The notes under the pieces: model-generated
The model's input: only the letters and a program-made list of their open reading frames with translations
Database searches by the model: none
Told to the model about the DNA's origin: nothing
Source: Minisyncoccota bacterium
Lineage (GTDB): Bacteria > Patescibacteriota > Minisyncoccia > Phycocordibacterales > PALSA-1337
Length of the DNA: 64,000 nucleotides
Direction: 5' to 3'
Assembly: GCA_041671485.1 (NCBI GenBank)
Contig: JBAZBL010000006.1
Coordinates: 6,539-70,538 of the forward strand
In this document: piece after piece, positions 29,306-39,166 of the stretch
Layout: each line of letters opens with the position of its first letter
Position numbering within the stretch: position 1 is the first letter of the stretch
Position numbers and translations under genes: made by a program

Positions 29306-30505
29306 ATGAAAACAGATATAAATAAAGAAAAAATAGAAGAACTTTTTGCTCGTGGCACGGTCGTAGAAATTCTGCCTACAAAAGATGCATTTATTGAAAA
29401 GTTGATGAAGGGCGAAAAATTGAGGATATACATAGGCGTAGATCCAACAGCCGAAGCTTTGCATTTGGGGCATGCCAAAAACATCATGTTTCTAGAAGAA
29501 TTACGACAACTAGGCAATGAAGTTATATTACTTTTTGGTGATTTTACTGCGCGTATAGGGGATCCAACAGGCAAAAGCACTACACGCAAGCAATTGACAG
29601 AAGAAGAAGTCAAGAAAAATGTCTCAAAATGGCTCGATCAAGTGAAGCCACTCATAAATATTGAAGACAAAGAAAATCCAGTAAAGATAATGTACAATTC
29701 CGAATGGTTGGGCAAATTAACATTTGCAGAAATTGTTGACATTGCTTCCAACTTCACAGTTCAACAAATGATAGAGCGTGATATGTTCGAGAAGAGGATA
29801 AAGGATGGCAATCCTATCCATTTGCATGAATTTATGTATCCACTTATGCAAGGTTATGACAGTGTAGCTATGGACGTAGACGCAGAATTGTGTGGTACAG
29901 ATCAGGTTTTCAATGCATTGGCTGGACGTACGCTTCTGAAGAGATATAAAAATAAAGATAAATTTGTTATTGCACTCAACCTAATTGCCAATCCAAAGAC
30001 AAGGGAATTGATGTCCAAGAGCAAAGGCACTGGAGTATTCATAAATACATCTCCAAATGAATTGTATGGAGCTATTATGGCATTGCCAGATCCAATGATA
30101 GAGCCACTATTTATCAATTGTACGAGGATACCCCTGAATGAAAAAGAGTCAATAATGAAATTGGGACCAAGAGATGCAAAAGCATATATAGCACTAGACA
30201 TCGTAAAGAGATTTCATGGCAAAGAGAAAGCCGAAGGTGCGGCAGAAACATTTGAAAAGACTTTTGCGAAAGGTGGTGTGCCAGACGATATTTTGGAAAT
30301 TGTCCTGAAAGATGGTGATGTTCTATCTGATGTTTTAGTCAAGGCTGGAATTGTGCCATCGAAGACAGAATGGAGGAGACTGGTCACAGATGGTGCTGTG
30401 AGGAAAGAAGATGATTCTAAAGTTGATGATATAAATTATCTGCCAAAGGAGACTACTATTCTAAAGATAGGGAAACGCAGGTTTGTGAAAGTGATTGTTC
30501 AGTGA
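29306..30505 (+). CDS. tyrS: Tyrosyl-tRNA synthetase
   Basis: GVDPTAEALHLGH (HIGH motif), KMSKS-like LMSKSKG, C-terminal S4 domain. Confidence 0.9.
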   Translation: MKTDINKEKIEELFARGTVVEILPTKDAFIEKLMKGEKLRIYIGVDPTAEALHLGHAKNIMFLEELRQLGNEVILLFGDFTARIGDPTGKSTTRKQLTEEEVKKNVSKWLDQVKPLINIEDKENPVKIMYNSEWLGKLTFAEIVDIASNFTVQQMIERDMFEKRIKDGNPIHLHEFMYPLMQGYDSVAMDVDAELCGTDQVFNALAGRTLLKRYKNKDKFVIALNLIANPKTRELMSKSKGTGVFINTSPNELYGAIMALPDPMIEPLFINCTRIPLNEKESIMKLGPRDAKAYIALDIVKRFHGKEKAEGAAETFEKTFAKGGVPDDILEIVLKDGDVLSDVLVKAGIVPSKTEWRRLVTDGAVRKEDDSKVDDINYLPKETTILKIGKRRFVKVIVQ

Positions 30506-30514
30506 ATATCTGGT

Positions 30515-30713
30515 CCCCGAGAATAATTGTCATTCTGTGAATCGAGGACTGTTTGAGCGACTATAAATTGCTTGATAAAATGCGTATGTTGTGGGAATTG
30601 CTACGATACTAAGGCATTTCTAATGCCGAAGTATCGAGCAATTCAATAGCATTTTATCTAGCAATTTAAGGAGCGAGTTCCGCAGATTCACAGAATGACA
30701 ATTATTCTCGGGG
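30515..30713. repeat. 199-nt element bounded by perfect 29-nt inverted repeats, with nested inner hairpins (MITE-like or structured RNA)
   Basis: ccccgagaataattgtcattctgtgaatc (30515-30543) and its reverse complement (30685-30713). Inner stem gaattgctacgatact / agtatcgagcaattc encloses ggcatt tcta atgcc. Fills the whole tyrS/comF convergent spacer. Confidence 0.6.
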
Positions 30714-30719
30714 ACATTA

Positions 30720-31397
30720 TTAGTGTGCTAGAGAAATACCTAAAATTCTTTCAAATCCACTTTTTTGTAGTGTATCAATAGCTTCTTTCATCGTACTACC
30801 GGTAGTGATTACATCATCAATGACAATAATTGGTATTTTATTTTGATTTGTGTCATTTTTGATTTTATCTGCAAATATATCATCCACAGAAAATATTCCC
30901 TTTGCATCTGTCAGTCGGTCAGTACGATCTTTGAGTGTTTGCCGATCGGCATGATGAATACGTCTCAAAAGTTCTTTTTCAATCACAAATCGTTTTTCTG
31001 TATCAAGCCTTGCAATTTCATCGGCCAATAATTCACATTGATTGTATCCACGTTCGTTTTTCCTCCTTTTTGTTATTGGTATAGGGATTATGATTCGTGT
31101 ATTCTCTTTTACGAGGTCGGACCTCGTGATCTCAATAAGCTTGCTATAAAGTGCATAACCACCTATCTCTGTCGCTCGTTTAGACTTCTTGTATTTGATA
31201 TTCCATATCAATCTTGTGACACGATCATCTTTATAGGCAAAGGTGGATCTCATATTTGTAAAAGGAGTTTCTGGAGCGCGAGGTAATATCTCCAATGCCT
31301 GTTCTGGCGATAGAGAAAACAACTCTTTTTCTGATTTTGTAGAAGGAAAAAGAGCTTCTAGCATTGTCTTATATATGGTAGTCAGAAAAGTTATCAT
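30720..31397 (-). CDS. comF: ComF-family competence protein (phosphoribosyltransferase fold)
   Basis: C-terminal PRTase motif IIVIDDVITTGSTM. Conserved ComF region IIIPIPITKRRKNERGYNQ. Confidence 0.8.
   Translation of the reverse strand: MITFLTTIYKTMLEALFPSTKSEKELFSLSPEQALEILPRAPETPFTNMRSTFAYKDDRVTRLIWNIKYKKSKRATEIGGYALYSKLIEITRSDLVKENTRIIIPIPITKRRKNERGYNQCELLADEIARLDTEKRFVIEKELLRRIHHADRQTLKDRTDRLTDAKGIFSVDDIFADKIKNDTNQNKIPIIVIDDVITTGSTMKEAIDTLQKSGFERILGISLAH
31111..31127. promoter_or_regulatory. 17-bp palindrome ACGAGGTCGGACCTCGT, copy 3 of 4, the most symmetric copy; lies inside the comF coding region (encodes ITRSDLV)
   Basis: Identical core to the copies at 1411, 10837 and 34141. Confidence 0.35.
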
Positions 31398-31450
31398 AAG
31401 TTAATCACTTCTACTTTTACACTTTTGGAGTTAAAATATCAAGTATAATT

Positions 31451-34141
31451 ATGAAAAAATATTTTGTTATTGTTTTCTCTGCAGTTTTTATCTTTTTGGA
31501 ATTGTATTTTTTGCCGACAGATGCACTTGCACAATGTTCAGGAAGTCCTGATCTTGCAACTCATGCGAGTGAACAGATTGACAGTAGAATAAGCCAAGCA
31601 TCTTCAGGGACTGGTCTCAATTTATTTTCTGATTTTATGTCAACTCTCAATATGACCGGCGCACAACTTGTTTCTCTCACCGATAAACCAAACTCAATGC
31701 AAGAGAACATTGATTCATGGGCAAAGAAGGGAATACCTCTTGATTTTACTGGAGTAGCTACATGGAACGATTGGAATGGATCATCAAATCCTGTTTATCA
31801 GGGCGCGGCTACTCTTATTACACCTAGACATTTTGTAACTGCTACCCACATTAAACTACCCGTTGGAACAAAAGTCACATTTATCAAACCAGATGCGAGT
31901 ACTACTACAAGAATAGTTACTGGTTTTGAGAATATACCAAATAGTGATGTGACTGTAGAGGTGCTTGATAGCGATGTTGATCCCTCCATAAAGTATTACA
32001 AAGTAATAGATATTACAACTTTTTGGAGTCTTCTATCTAAGAATGTTCTTGAAGGGTCTTCAGAAGTTCCAATTGCTGTTTTTAACCAAGGACGACAGCC
32101 TTTTATACATTCCTTGGGTGTAAATTTGGCAAATCCATATAATAAAAATCCATACAATAGTATTCCGCATTATCCAAGTTCTATAAGAGCGAGTTTTAGT
32201 TCTTATGTAGGACCTGGTGATTCTGGTCAACCGGGATTTTTGATTGTTGAAGACACGCCAATACTTCTTTTTGTAAATACAACTAATACTGAAGGGTCAA
32301 ATGTTGGTTCTCGCATTACAGAGATCAATCAAGCTATCAATTCTCTGGGAAGTGGTGGTTATAGCGCAACTCTATATAATTCATCTTGTTTTACAAAATA
32401 CCCGATTACTCCTACTGTCACTTCTATTTTAACAGACGTTGGTTCTATTAGTTGTCTCCAAAATACGCCAACCTGTAGAATGACAATATTTGGTATTGGA
32501 TTCACATCTCAAAATAATACAGTTAAAGTTGGTATATTAGATATTGGTAATATCTCCTCATATAATAATGGTACTGCGATTGATGTTAATATTCCAACTG
32601 ATTTATCTGCTGGTACTTACAATGTTGTGATCTCTAATAGCGAGGGTACATCAAATCCAAAAATATTCATGATGCTAAATAATTCCTCATTTCCATCTAT
32701 CACATCTGTCTCTCCTTCATCTGGTCCAATGGGTTCAACAATCACTCTAATAGGTGCGAATTTCTCAATAAGTGGTACAAATAATATAAAATTTGCACCT
32801 ACTACAGGTTTTAAACCTGAAATTTCTCTTCAATCTACAAATGTAACTCAAAACGGAACTCGTCTTACAGCAACTCTTCCAAACGAAGATTATCCTGTAG
32901 GTACAGTATTTACTATTTGGATTGATAATGCCGAATTTGGCTATAGCGATGAAAATTCATCATATGAGAGAAATCCTAAAACATTTACTGTAGCTTTACC
33001 ACCACCAGTAGTAGAACAAGACACTACTCCTCCTGTTCGAAGTAATGGATTACCATCAAGCACTCTATCAGCCACAACAAATTCTACGAATGTCTCTCTT
33101 AGTACAAATGAATCAGCTGTCTGTCATTGGAGTAGTGGACCAAATAATACTTTTGATCAGATGTCAGGCAGATTTAACAGTTCCAATAATGGAACATCTC
33201 ATTCTGTGAGCGTTACTCTAACTCCTGGTAATTCATATAGTTATTACATAAAGTGTCGTGATCAAGCAGAGAATACAAATACTCAAGATTTTCCTATATT
33301 ATTTGCTGTTGCTAGTTTGCCAGCCGAAGAAAACCCTCCTTCCGATACTACTCCTCCAAATATCTCTATCAATTCTCCATTAAATAATGAATCGTTCGTT
33401 GAGGGTACAAAGACTATCAGTGTTTCTACTTCTGATAATGTGGGTGTAGTCGGTGTTCAATATTATCTAGATGGGACAAGGCTAGATTCCGAAAAGACGA
33501 CAGCACCTTGGACTATTACAAAAACTTTTACTCCTGGTACATACAGTATATATGCAATTGCTCGTGATGTGGCTGGTAATCGCAAGACATCAAATACTAT
33601 TATATTTAATGTAACTAAAAAACCAGTTGTTATTGTCCAACAACAACCAATCATTAATCCTCCAATTATAAATCCTATAAACACTCAACCACCAGTCATG
33701 CCTATTCAAGAAAATGATGAAGTTCCATTCAAGGCCGTTGCTACAGAGATCAATCGCAACCTTGCCCTAAATGATGAAGGTGAAGATGTTCTCCTATTAC
33801 AGAAAGTTCTTAATAAGCTTGGCTATGAAGTTGCTACCAATGGTCCTGGCTCTATTGGTAAAGAAACGACATATTTTGACAATAATACAAAAGAAGCACT
33901 TGCGAAGTATCAATCTGATCATTCTGAAGAAGGGATAGTATCTACTGGCATACTAGATAATGTAACTATGGCTATAATAAATGTCGAAGCAGAAAAGTTG
34001 ATCAAATACACAGAAGATGAAGCAACTTCTACAGATCAGATTCTGGATAAAAGAGTAGAAATAACATCAGTAGCGACTTTCTTTCTGTATATATTTGATA
34101 CATTAAGATTATGGGGATCTAGTATCATCAACTTGTTTTGA
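31451..34141 (+). CDS. Large secreted surface protein (896 aa) with Ig-like repeats and a C-terminal peptidoglycan-binding domain
   Basis: Signal peptide, Ser/Thr/Asn-rich repeats, Big-like modules (DTTPPNISINSP...YAIARDVAGN). PG_binding_1-like LNDEGEDVLLLQKVLNKLGY...EALAKYQ. Confidence 0.7.
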   Translation: MKKYFVIVFSAVFIFLELYFLPTDALAQCSGSPDLATHASEQIDSRISQASSGTGLNLFSDFMSTLNMTGAQLVSLTDKPNSMQENIDSWAKKGIPLDFTGVATWNDWNGSSNPVYQGAATLITPRHFVTATHIKLPVGTKVTFIKPDASTTTRIVTGFENIPNSDVTVEVLDSDVDPSIKYYKVIDITTFWSLLSKNVLEGSSEVPIAVFNQGRQPFIHSLGVNLANPYNKNPYNSIPHYPSSIRASFSSYVGPGDSGQPGFLIVEDTPILLFVNTTNTEGSNVGSRITEINQAINSLGSGGYSATLYNSSCFTKYPITPTVTSILTDVGSISCLQNTPTCRMTIFGIGFTSQNNTVKVGILDIGNISSYNNGTAIDVNIPTDLSAGTYNVVISNSEGTSNPKIFMMLNNSSFPSITSVSPSSGPMGSTITLIGANFSISGTNNIKFAPTTGFKPEISLQSTNVTQNGTRLTATLPNEDYPVGTVFTIWIDNAEFGYSDENSSYERNPKTFTVALPPPVVEQDTTPPVRSNGLPSSTLSATTNSTNVSLSTNESAVCHWSSGPNNTFDQMSGRFNSSNNGTSHSVSVTLTPGNSYSYYIKCRDQAENTNTQDFPILFAVASLPAEENPPSDTTPPNISINSPLNNESFVEGTKTISVSTSDNVGVVGVQYYLDGTRLDSEKTTAPWTITKTFTPGTYSIYAIARDVAGNRKTSNTIIFNVTKKPVVIVQQQPIINPPIINPINTQPPVMPIQENDEVPFKAVATEINRNLALNDEGEDVLLLQKVLNKLGYEVATNGPGSIGKETTYFDNNTKEALAKYQSDHSEEGIVSTGILDNVTMAIINVEAEKLIKYTEDEATSTDQILDKRVEITSVATFFLYIFDTLRLWGSSIINLF

Positions 34142-34157
34142 CGAGGTCTGACCTAGT
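34141..34157. promoter_or_regulatory. 17-bp palindrome ACGAGGTCTGACCTAGT, copy 4 of 4; lies 45 bp upstream of pilM, flanked by gtttt / aaaac
   Basis: Shares the core with the other three copies. Confidence 0.4.
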
Positions 34158-34201
34158 AAAACATCGTTGCTTCTTTCTTTTTTTGCTTATACAATATAGT
34201 T

Positions 34202-35299
34202 ATGTCGTTTTTCTCTTCATTTTTCAAGAAAGAAGTCAGCGTTCTAGGACTAGATATAGGTTCTTCGGCTATCAAAATAGTACAGATCAAGAAAAAACGG
34301 GGAAGAGCCGTTCTAGAGACTTATGGCGAATTGGCACTTGGTCCTTATGCAGGAGTAGAGATAGGCAGAGCAACTAGTCTACTAACAGAGAAGATAATAG
34401 AAGCAGTAAAAGATATATTACGTGAAGCAAAGACAACTACAGTATCGTGCGGTTCAGCATTACCACTATCTTCTAGTCTCATAACCTTTATCACAATTCC
34501 TGCTGTTTCAGAAAAACAGATTGCAGATGTTATAGCACTAGAAGCACGTAAATATATACCAGTACCACTTAGTGAAGTCATGATTGACTATTCTATAGTT
34601 CCACGCGAAGAAGCATATGCTACAGAAGACGAGACGACCAAAACAGAAAAAGCAGGTAGAGACGTACTTGTAATTGCAGTTCACAATGAATATATCAATT
34701 CGTATCAATCAATATTATCAGGCTCTGGTCTTGTGCCTAGCTTTTATGAAATAGAGATTTTCAGTTCGATCCGTGCTGTTATGGACCAAGGTCTTAGTAC
34801 AAGTATGATTCTCGATTTTGGCGCACGTTCTACCAAGCTATATATCGTAGAGCGTGGAATATTGCGTTCATCACATATCATCAATAAAGGCAGTCAAGAT
34901 ATCACTCTTGCATTGTCAAAAGCATTGTCTATATCTATAAGCGAGGCCGAAAACCTAAAGCGTGTCCGTGGTTTGAAAGGTGGACCAGAATACAAAGAGC
35001 TGACAGAGATCATAACTGTAAATCTTGATTATATATTTTACGAGGCAAATGCTACACTTTTGAGCTATCAAAAGAAATATTCCAAGAATGTAAGTAGAGT
35101 CATACTTACAGGTGGTGGAGTTTTACTCCAAGGATTCACTGATTTGGCAAAGGTCGGTTTCCAAACAGAAGTTTTGTATGCAAATCCATTTGCAAAACTA
35201 GATACACCAGCATTCCTGGGAGAAGAATTTGCAAAAGCAGGACCAGAATTTGCAGTTGCTATAGGTATTGCATTACGTAGATTGTCGGAAGTTGAATAA
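34202..35299 (+). CDS. pilM: Type IV pilus assembly protein PilM (actin-like ATPase)
   Basis: 365 aa. LGLDIGSSAIKIVQI N-terminus with an FtsA/PilM fold. Followed by membrane proteins in pilN/O/P positions. Confidence 0.8.
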   Translation: MSFFSSFFKKEVSVLGLDIGSSAIKIVQIKKKRGRAVLETYGELALGPYAGVEIGRATSLLTEKIIEAVKDILREAKTTTVSCGSALPLSSSLITFITIPAVSEKQIADVIALEARKYIPVPLSEVMIDYSIVPREEAYATEDETTKTEKAGRDVLVIAVHNEYINSYQSILSGSGLVPSFYEIEIFSSIRAVMDQGLSTSMILDFGARSTKLYIVERGILRSSHIINKGSQDITLALSKALSISISEAENLKRVRGLKGGPEYKELTEIITVNLDYIFYEANATLLSYQKKYSKNVSRVILTGGGVLLQGFTDLAKVGFQTEVLYANPFAKLDTPAFLGEEFAKAGPEFAVAIGIALRRLSEVE

Positions 35300-35349
35300 G
35301 TTTACACAGGGTAGACCTGCGTATATACGCAGGTCTACCCTGTGTAAAC
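35300..35349. repeat. REP doublet (REPIN-like) placed just after the pilM stop
   Basis: gtttacacagggtagacctgcg tatata cgcaggtctaccctgtgtaaac, a 50-nt perfect palindrome. Confidence 0.8.
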
Positions 35350-35396
35350 TTATTCACAGCGTAAAAAGACTTTATATCTGATATAATACACAAAGT

Positions 35397-36071
35397 ATGG
35401 AGACAAAATTCCAGACTTCTTTTATTCCAAGAAAGCCACTACCTTCTATAGGTGGTGTTGGTGCAAATGCAGGTGTCGGACTTGCACCACATAGGCCGAG
35501 ACATTCAAATAGTGTTTTCTTCAATCTCGCTTTATTGCTGTTTATCATATCTCTTGGTGCAGGAGGAGGAATGTTGGCACTCAAAAGTATGACTCTATCT
35601 TCGCAAGAAGGTCTCAAGACACAACTTTCCGAGAGAAGAAAACAGTTCAACCCTGATCTTATCGAAGAATTAAAACGCATAAATGTCAAAATAGACAATT
35701 CGAAACAAGTCGTAGAGAATCACCTCATATTATCCAATATATTTGATGTGATAGGAAGATTGACCATAGAAAAAGTCAGATTTACAAATATGGATCTTTC
35801 AGTTGATAGAGAACATTCAAATGATATAAAAGTATCTCTAAATGGTTATGGCACGAGTCTTGCTGCTGTAGCATTCCAATCTGATGTCTTGAATCAGCTT
35901 CAAGAATATGGTCTGCGCAAAATCGTAAAAAATCCAATGATTTCAAATCCAACATTGGATACTACTGGTAATGTCAATTTTGGATTTTCAGCATCTATAG
36001 ATCCTACAAGCCTCCGTTATACTGATGCATCAATATCTTCTACAACAGGAGATCAATACAACAATGAATAA
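35397..36071 (+). CDS. PilN-like membrane protein (hypothetical)
   Basis: 224 aa with a single TM helix (LALLLFIISLGAGGGMLAL), in the pilN position. Confidence 0.45.
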   Translation: METKFQTSFIPRKPLPSIGGVGANAGVGLAPHRPRHSNSVFFNLALLLFIISLGAGGGMLALKSMTLSSQEGLKTQLSERRKQFNPDLIEELKRINVKIDNSKQVVENHLILSNIFDVIGRLTIEKVRFTNMDLSVDREHSNDIKVSLNGYGTSLAAVAFQSDVLNQLQEYGLRKIVKNPMISNPTLDTTGNVNFGFSASIDPTSLRYTDASISSTTGDQYNNE

Positions 36072-36645
36072 AAACGTTATAGCAACAATTTTATTTGTAC
36101 TTGCAATCGGGATTTATTTCTCATTTACTAGTAATAAATGGACAGAGATAAAGGCAATACGTGTTGTAAACAATCAATATTCCGAAGCCATTGCAAATTC
36201 TGACAAACTGATCAAGGTTCGTGATAAAGTCCTAAAAGAATACAATGCCTTGTCTGCCGAGGACAGAGATCGTTTGGACAAGATGATACCAAATACAGTA
36301 GATAATATTCGTCTCATCATTGATCTAAATAATGTTGCTTCAAGGCGTGGTATATCACTCAAAAATGTCAAAGCTGATACTTCGGAAGCTATTGGTGGAA
36401 CAGTTTCAAACTCTATTCCTAGTTCTATTGGCAATCGTGGAGAATATATTCCAACCCCTGTTCTTGATGAGGTCAATATATCATTTAGTGTTAGTGCATC
36501 ATATGAAAAATTTATAGATTTTATGCGTGATCTAGAGATCAATTTGCGAGTAATGGACTTGACCCATCTCTCTGTATCTGTAAATGAAAGTGGTATATAT
36601 GATTATGGTGTAGAGTTGTCAACTTATTGGTTGCGTCAACAATAA
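36064..36645 (+). CDS. PilO-like membrane protein (hypothetical)
   Basis: N-terminal TM helix then a coiled-coil region. Start overlaps the upstream stop (ATGAATAA). Confidence 0.45.
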   Translation: MNKNVIATILFVLAIGIYFSFTSNKWTEIKAIRVVNNQYSEAIANSDKLIKVRDKVLKEYNALSAEDRDRLDKMIPNTVDNIRLIIDLNNVASRRGISLKNVKADTSEAIGGTVSNSIPSSIGNRGEYIPTPVLDEVNISFSVSASYEKFIDFMRDLEINLRVMDLTHLSVSVNESGIYDYGVELSTYWLRQQ

Positions 36646-36647
36646 AA

Positions 36648-36944
36648 ATGAAAAATCAATCTTCAAAAAAATCATGGTTGATAATCAGTGGTATAATAAT
36701 AATTGCAATCATTGTTTATTTTATGTTCTTCTCTGGAACACCAGACATTGAAGATCAAACAATGTTGCAAATGACAAATGCTGAAGAAACAGGTATGGAT
36801 GTACTATCTCTTTTAAATCAGATTCAATCACTTAGGATAGATTCGGAATTCTTTGATAGTACGGTTTACAAATCTCTTCAGGATTATTCTGTTGCAATAC
36901 CAACACAGGATGTTGGCAGGGACAATCCATTTGCTCCAATCTAA
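36648..36944 (+). CDS. Small membrane protein, possibly PilP-like
   Basis: 98 aa with an N-terminal TM helix. Last small gene before pilB2. Confidence 0.3.
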   Translation: MKNQSSKKSWLIISGIIIIAIIVYFMFFSGTPDIEDQTMLQMTNAEETGMDVLSLLNQIQSLRIDSEFFDSTVYKSLQDYSVAIPTQDVGRDNPFAPI

Positions 36945-37001
36945 TAGATATTGTTCAAAGAATTACATTTATTCATGAATAATGTCTCATGAATCTATAA
37001 T

Positions 37002-38717
37002 ATGAGCATCCTCAATACACTTTTAGACAAAAAATTGATATCCAAAGAGGATATTCGCGCAATACAGAAGCAAATATCTAGCGGAGTTTCCATAGATGAA
37101 GCACTTATATCAATTGGTGTAAAACCAGAAGATATTTTGATTGCTCGTGGAGAATTTTTGAGTATTCCAGTAAGGTCTGTGCCAGAAGGTAGTGTACCAT
37201 TTGAAGCATTGGATTATATTCCAGAAGAATCAGCCACGCATTATAGATTCGTACCAATTGGTCTTAAGGAAGGAATGCTAGAAGTAGGTATAGTTGATCC
37301 TGACAATATGGAGGCGCGTGATGCAATAAACTTCTTGGCAGCAAAAAACAATATACCCTATAAAGTATTTCTAATTACACTGGATGATTTTAATAAGATA
37401 TTGGAATCATACAAAGGCTTGACTGGAGAGGTTTCCAAAGCTCTTACTGAACTCGAAACAGAGCTTTCCGATGAGACAGATACAGTCAAGAAGAAGAAAG
37501 AAGTTAGAGAAGAAAAGAAGCCAGAAGATGAGACTCTTATCATCGAAGATGCACCTGTTGTAAAGATTGTTGCGACAATAGTTCGTTATGCAGTAGAAGG
37601 AGAAGCATCCGATGTACATATAGAGCATGTAAGAGATAAAGTGAGAGTACGTTTTCGAGTAGATGGAATCCTAAATACATCTCTAGTTTTGCCACCACAA
37701 GTGCATTCAGCTGTAGTTGCACGTATAAAAGTGCTTTCAAATATGCGTTTGGATGAGAAAAGGAAGCCACAAGACGGCCGTTTCTCGGCAAGAATTGATG
37801 GTAGGCGTATAGATTTCCGTGTTTCTACATTCCCGGCTTATTATGGCGAGAAGATCGTTATGCGTATATTGGATCAAGCCAAGGGTATTCGTACACTAGA
37901 CGACCTCGGTCTCTCGAAGGAAAATCTCCAATTATTCCGCGATGCTATATCAAAGCCATATGGTCTTGTACTTATCACTGGTCCTACAGGTTCAGGAAAA
38001 TCTACAACTCTATATTCTGTACTTTCAGAGATAGATCGTGAAAGTTACAATGTATTGTCACTAGAAGATCCTGTCGAATATCAGGTAGAGGGAGTGAGTC
38101 AATCACAAGTAAGACCAGAGATAGGTTATGACTTTAGTACAGGATTGCGTACTACACTACGTCAAGACCCGGATATTATAATGGTTGGTGAGATAAGAGA
38201 TAAAGAAACAGCGCAATTGGCTGTTCAAGCTGCTCTTACTGGTCATTTGGTATTCTCTACATTGCATACCAATACTGCGGCTGGTGCAATACCACGTTTG
38301 ATTGACATGGGTGTAGATCCATATCTTATTGCCCCAACTCTGATCTTGGCCGTGGCTCAAAGACTAGTGTCTTTGATAGTTGGTGGTGAAGAAACAAAAG
38401 TCGAGGGAAGTATCAAATTGATGATAGAGCATCAATTTGCTGATTTGCCACAGCAATTCAGGTCGAAGATACCAGTTTCTGATACCGTTCTCAAGATAAA
38501 ACCTAGTTCAGAATGTCCAAAGGGCACACGAGGCCGTATGGCTGTATTTGAGATGTTTCCTATGGACAAAGATATAGAACAAGTAGTCCTCAAAAATGCA
38601 ACAGAAACAGAGATAACAAAGATACTTCGATCAAAGGGTGTATTTTCTATGAAGGACGATGCAATCATAAAGGCATTTGAGAAGAAAATACCATTTGAAG
38701 AGATAAATAAGCTATAA
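37002..38717 (+). CDS. Second PilB/GspE-family pilus ATPase
   Basis: 571 aa. Walker A GPTGSGKSTT. Paralogue of the pilB at 1571. Confidence 0.9.
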   Translation: MSILNTLLDKKLISKEDIRAIQKQISSGVSIDEALISIGVKPEDILIARGEFLSIPVRSVPEGSVPFEALDYIPEESATHYRFVPIGLKEGMLEVGIVDPDNMEARDAINFLAAKNNIPYKVFLITLDDFNKILESYKGLTGEVSKALTELETELSDETDTVKKKKEVREEKKPEDETLIIEDAPVVKIVATIVRYAVEGEASDVHIEHVRDKVRVRFRVDGILNTSLVLPPQVHSAVVARIKVLSNMRLDEKRKPQDGRFSARIDGRRIDFRVSTFPAYYGEKIVMRILDQAKGIRTLDDLGLSKENLQLFRDAISKPYGLVLITGPTGSGKSTTLYSVLSEIDRESYNVLSLEDPVEYQVEGVSQSQVRPEIGYDFSTGLRTTLRQDPDIIMVGEIRDKETAQLAVQAALTGHLVFSTLHTNTAAGAIPRLIDMGVDPYLIAPTLILAVAQRLVSLIVGGEETKVEGSIKLMIEHQFADLPQQFRSKIPVSDTVLKIKPSSECPKGTRGRMAVFEMFPMDKDIEQVVLKNATETEITKILRSKGVFSMKDDAIIKAFEKKIPFEEINKL

Positions 38718-38736
38718 TTTGTGATACAATCTATAT

Positions 38737-39147
38737 ATGGATGAAAATATAAAAAAGAAAATAATATTTGTTGATGATGATAAATTCCTTCTAGATATGT
38801 ATGCAATGAAGTTTGCAAAAGCTGGATATGAAGTAAAAACTGCTGATAATTCTGAATCTGCTCTCAAAATGATTCGTGATGGTTATACACCAGATATTAT
38901 CCTTGCAGATATTGTTATGCCGGGCATGGATGGTCTAGAATTTATAGGGATATTACGTAAAGAGCATTTGGCTAGCGATTCTGTTGTCATTATGCTATCA
39001 AATCAAGGTGCATCTGAAGATATAGAGAATGCCAAGAAGCAAAATGTCAATGGTTATATAATAAAAGCGACTACTATACCATCTGATGTTTTGAAAGAAG
39101 TAGAAAAGATATACAAAGCAGGCCGTCAGGAACAGATACAAAAATAA
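38737..39147 (+). CDS. Stand-alone response-regulator receiver (CheY/PilH-like)
   Basis: 136 aa. IIFVDDD...DIILADIVMPGMDG, conserved Lys. No output domain. Confidence 0.85.
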   Translation: MDENIKKKIIFVDDDKFLLDMYAMKFAKAGYEVKTADNSESALKMIRDGYTPDIILADIVMPGMDGLEFIGILRKEHLASDSVVIMLSNQGASEDIENAKKQNVNGYIIKATTIPSDVLKEVEKIYKAGRQEQIQK

Positions 39148-39166
39148 TATAATATCAATAAAAACT

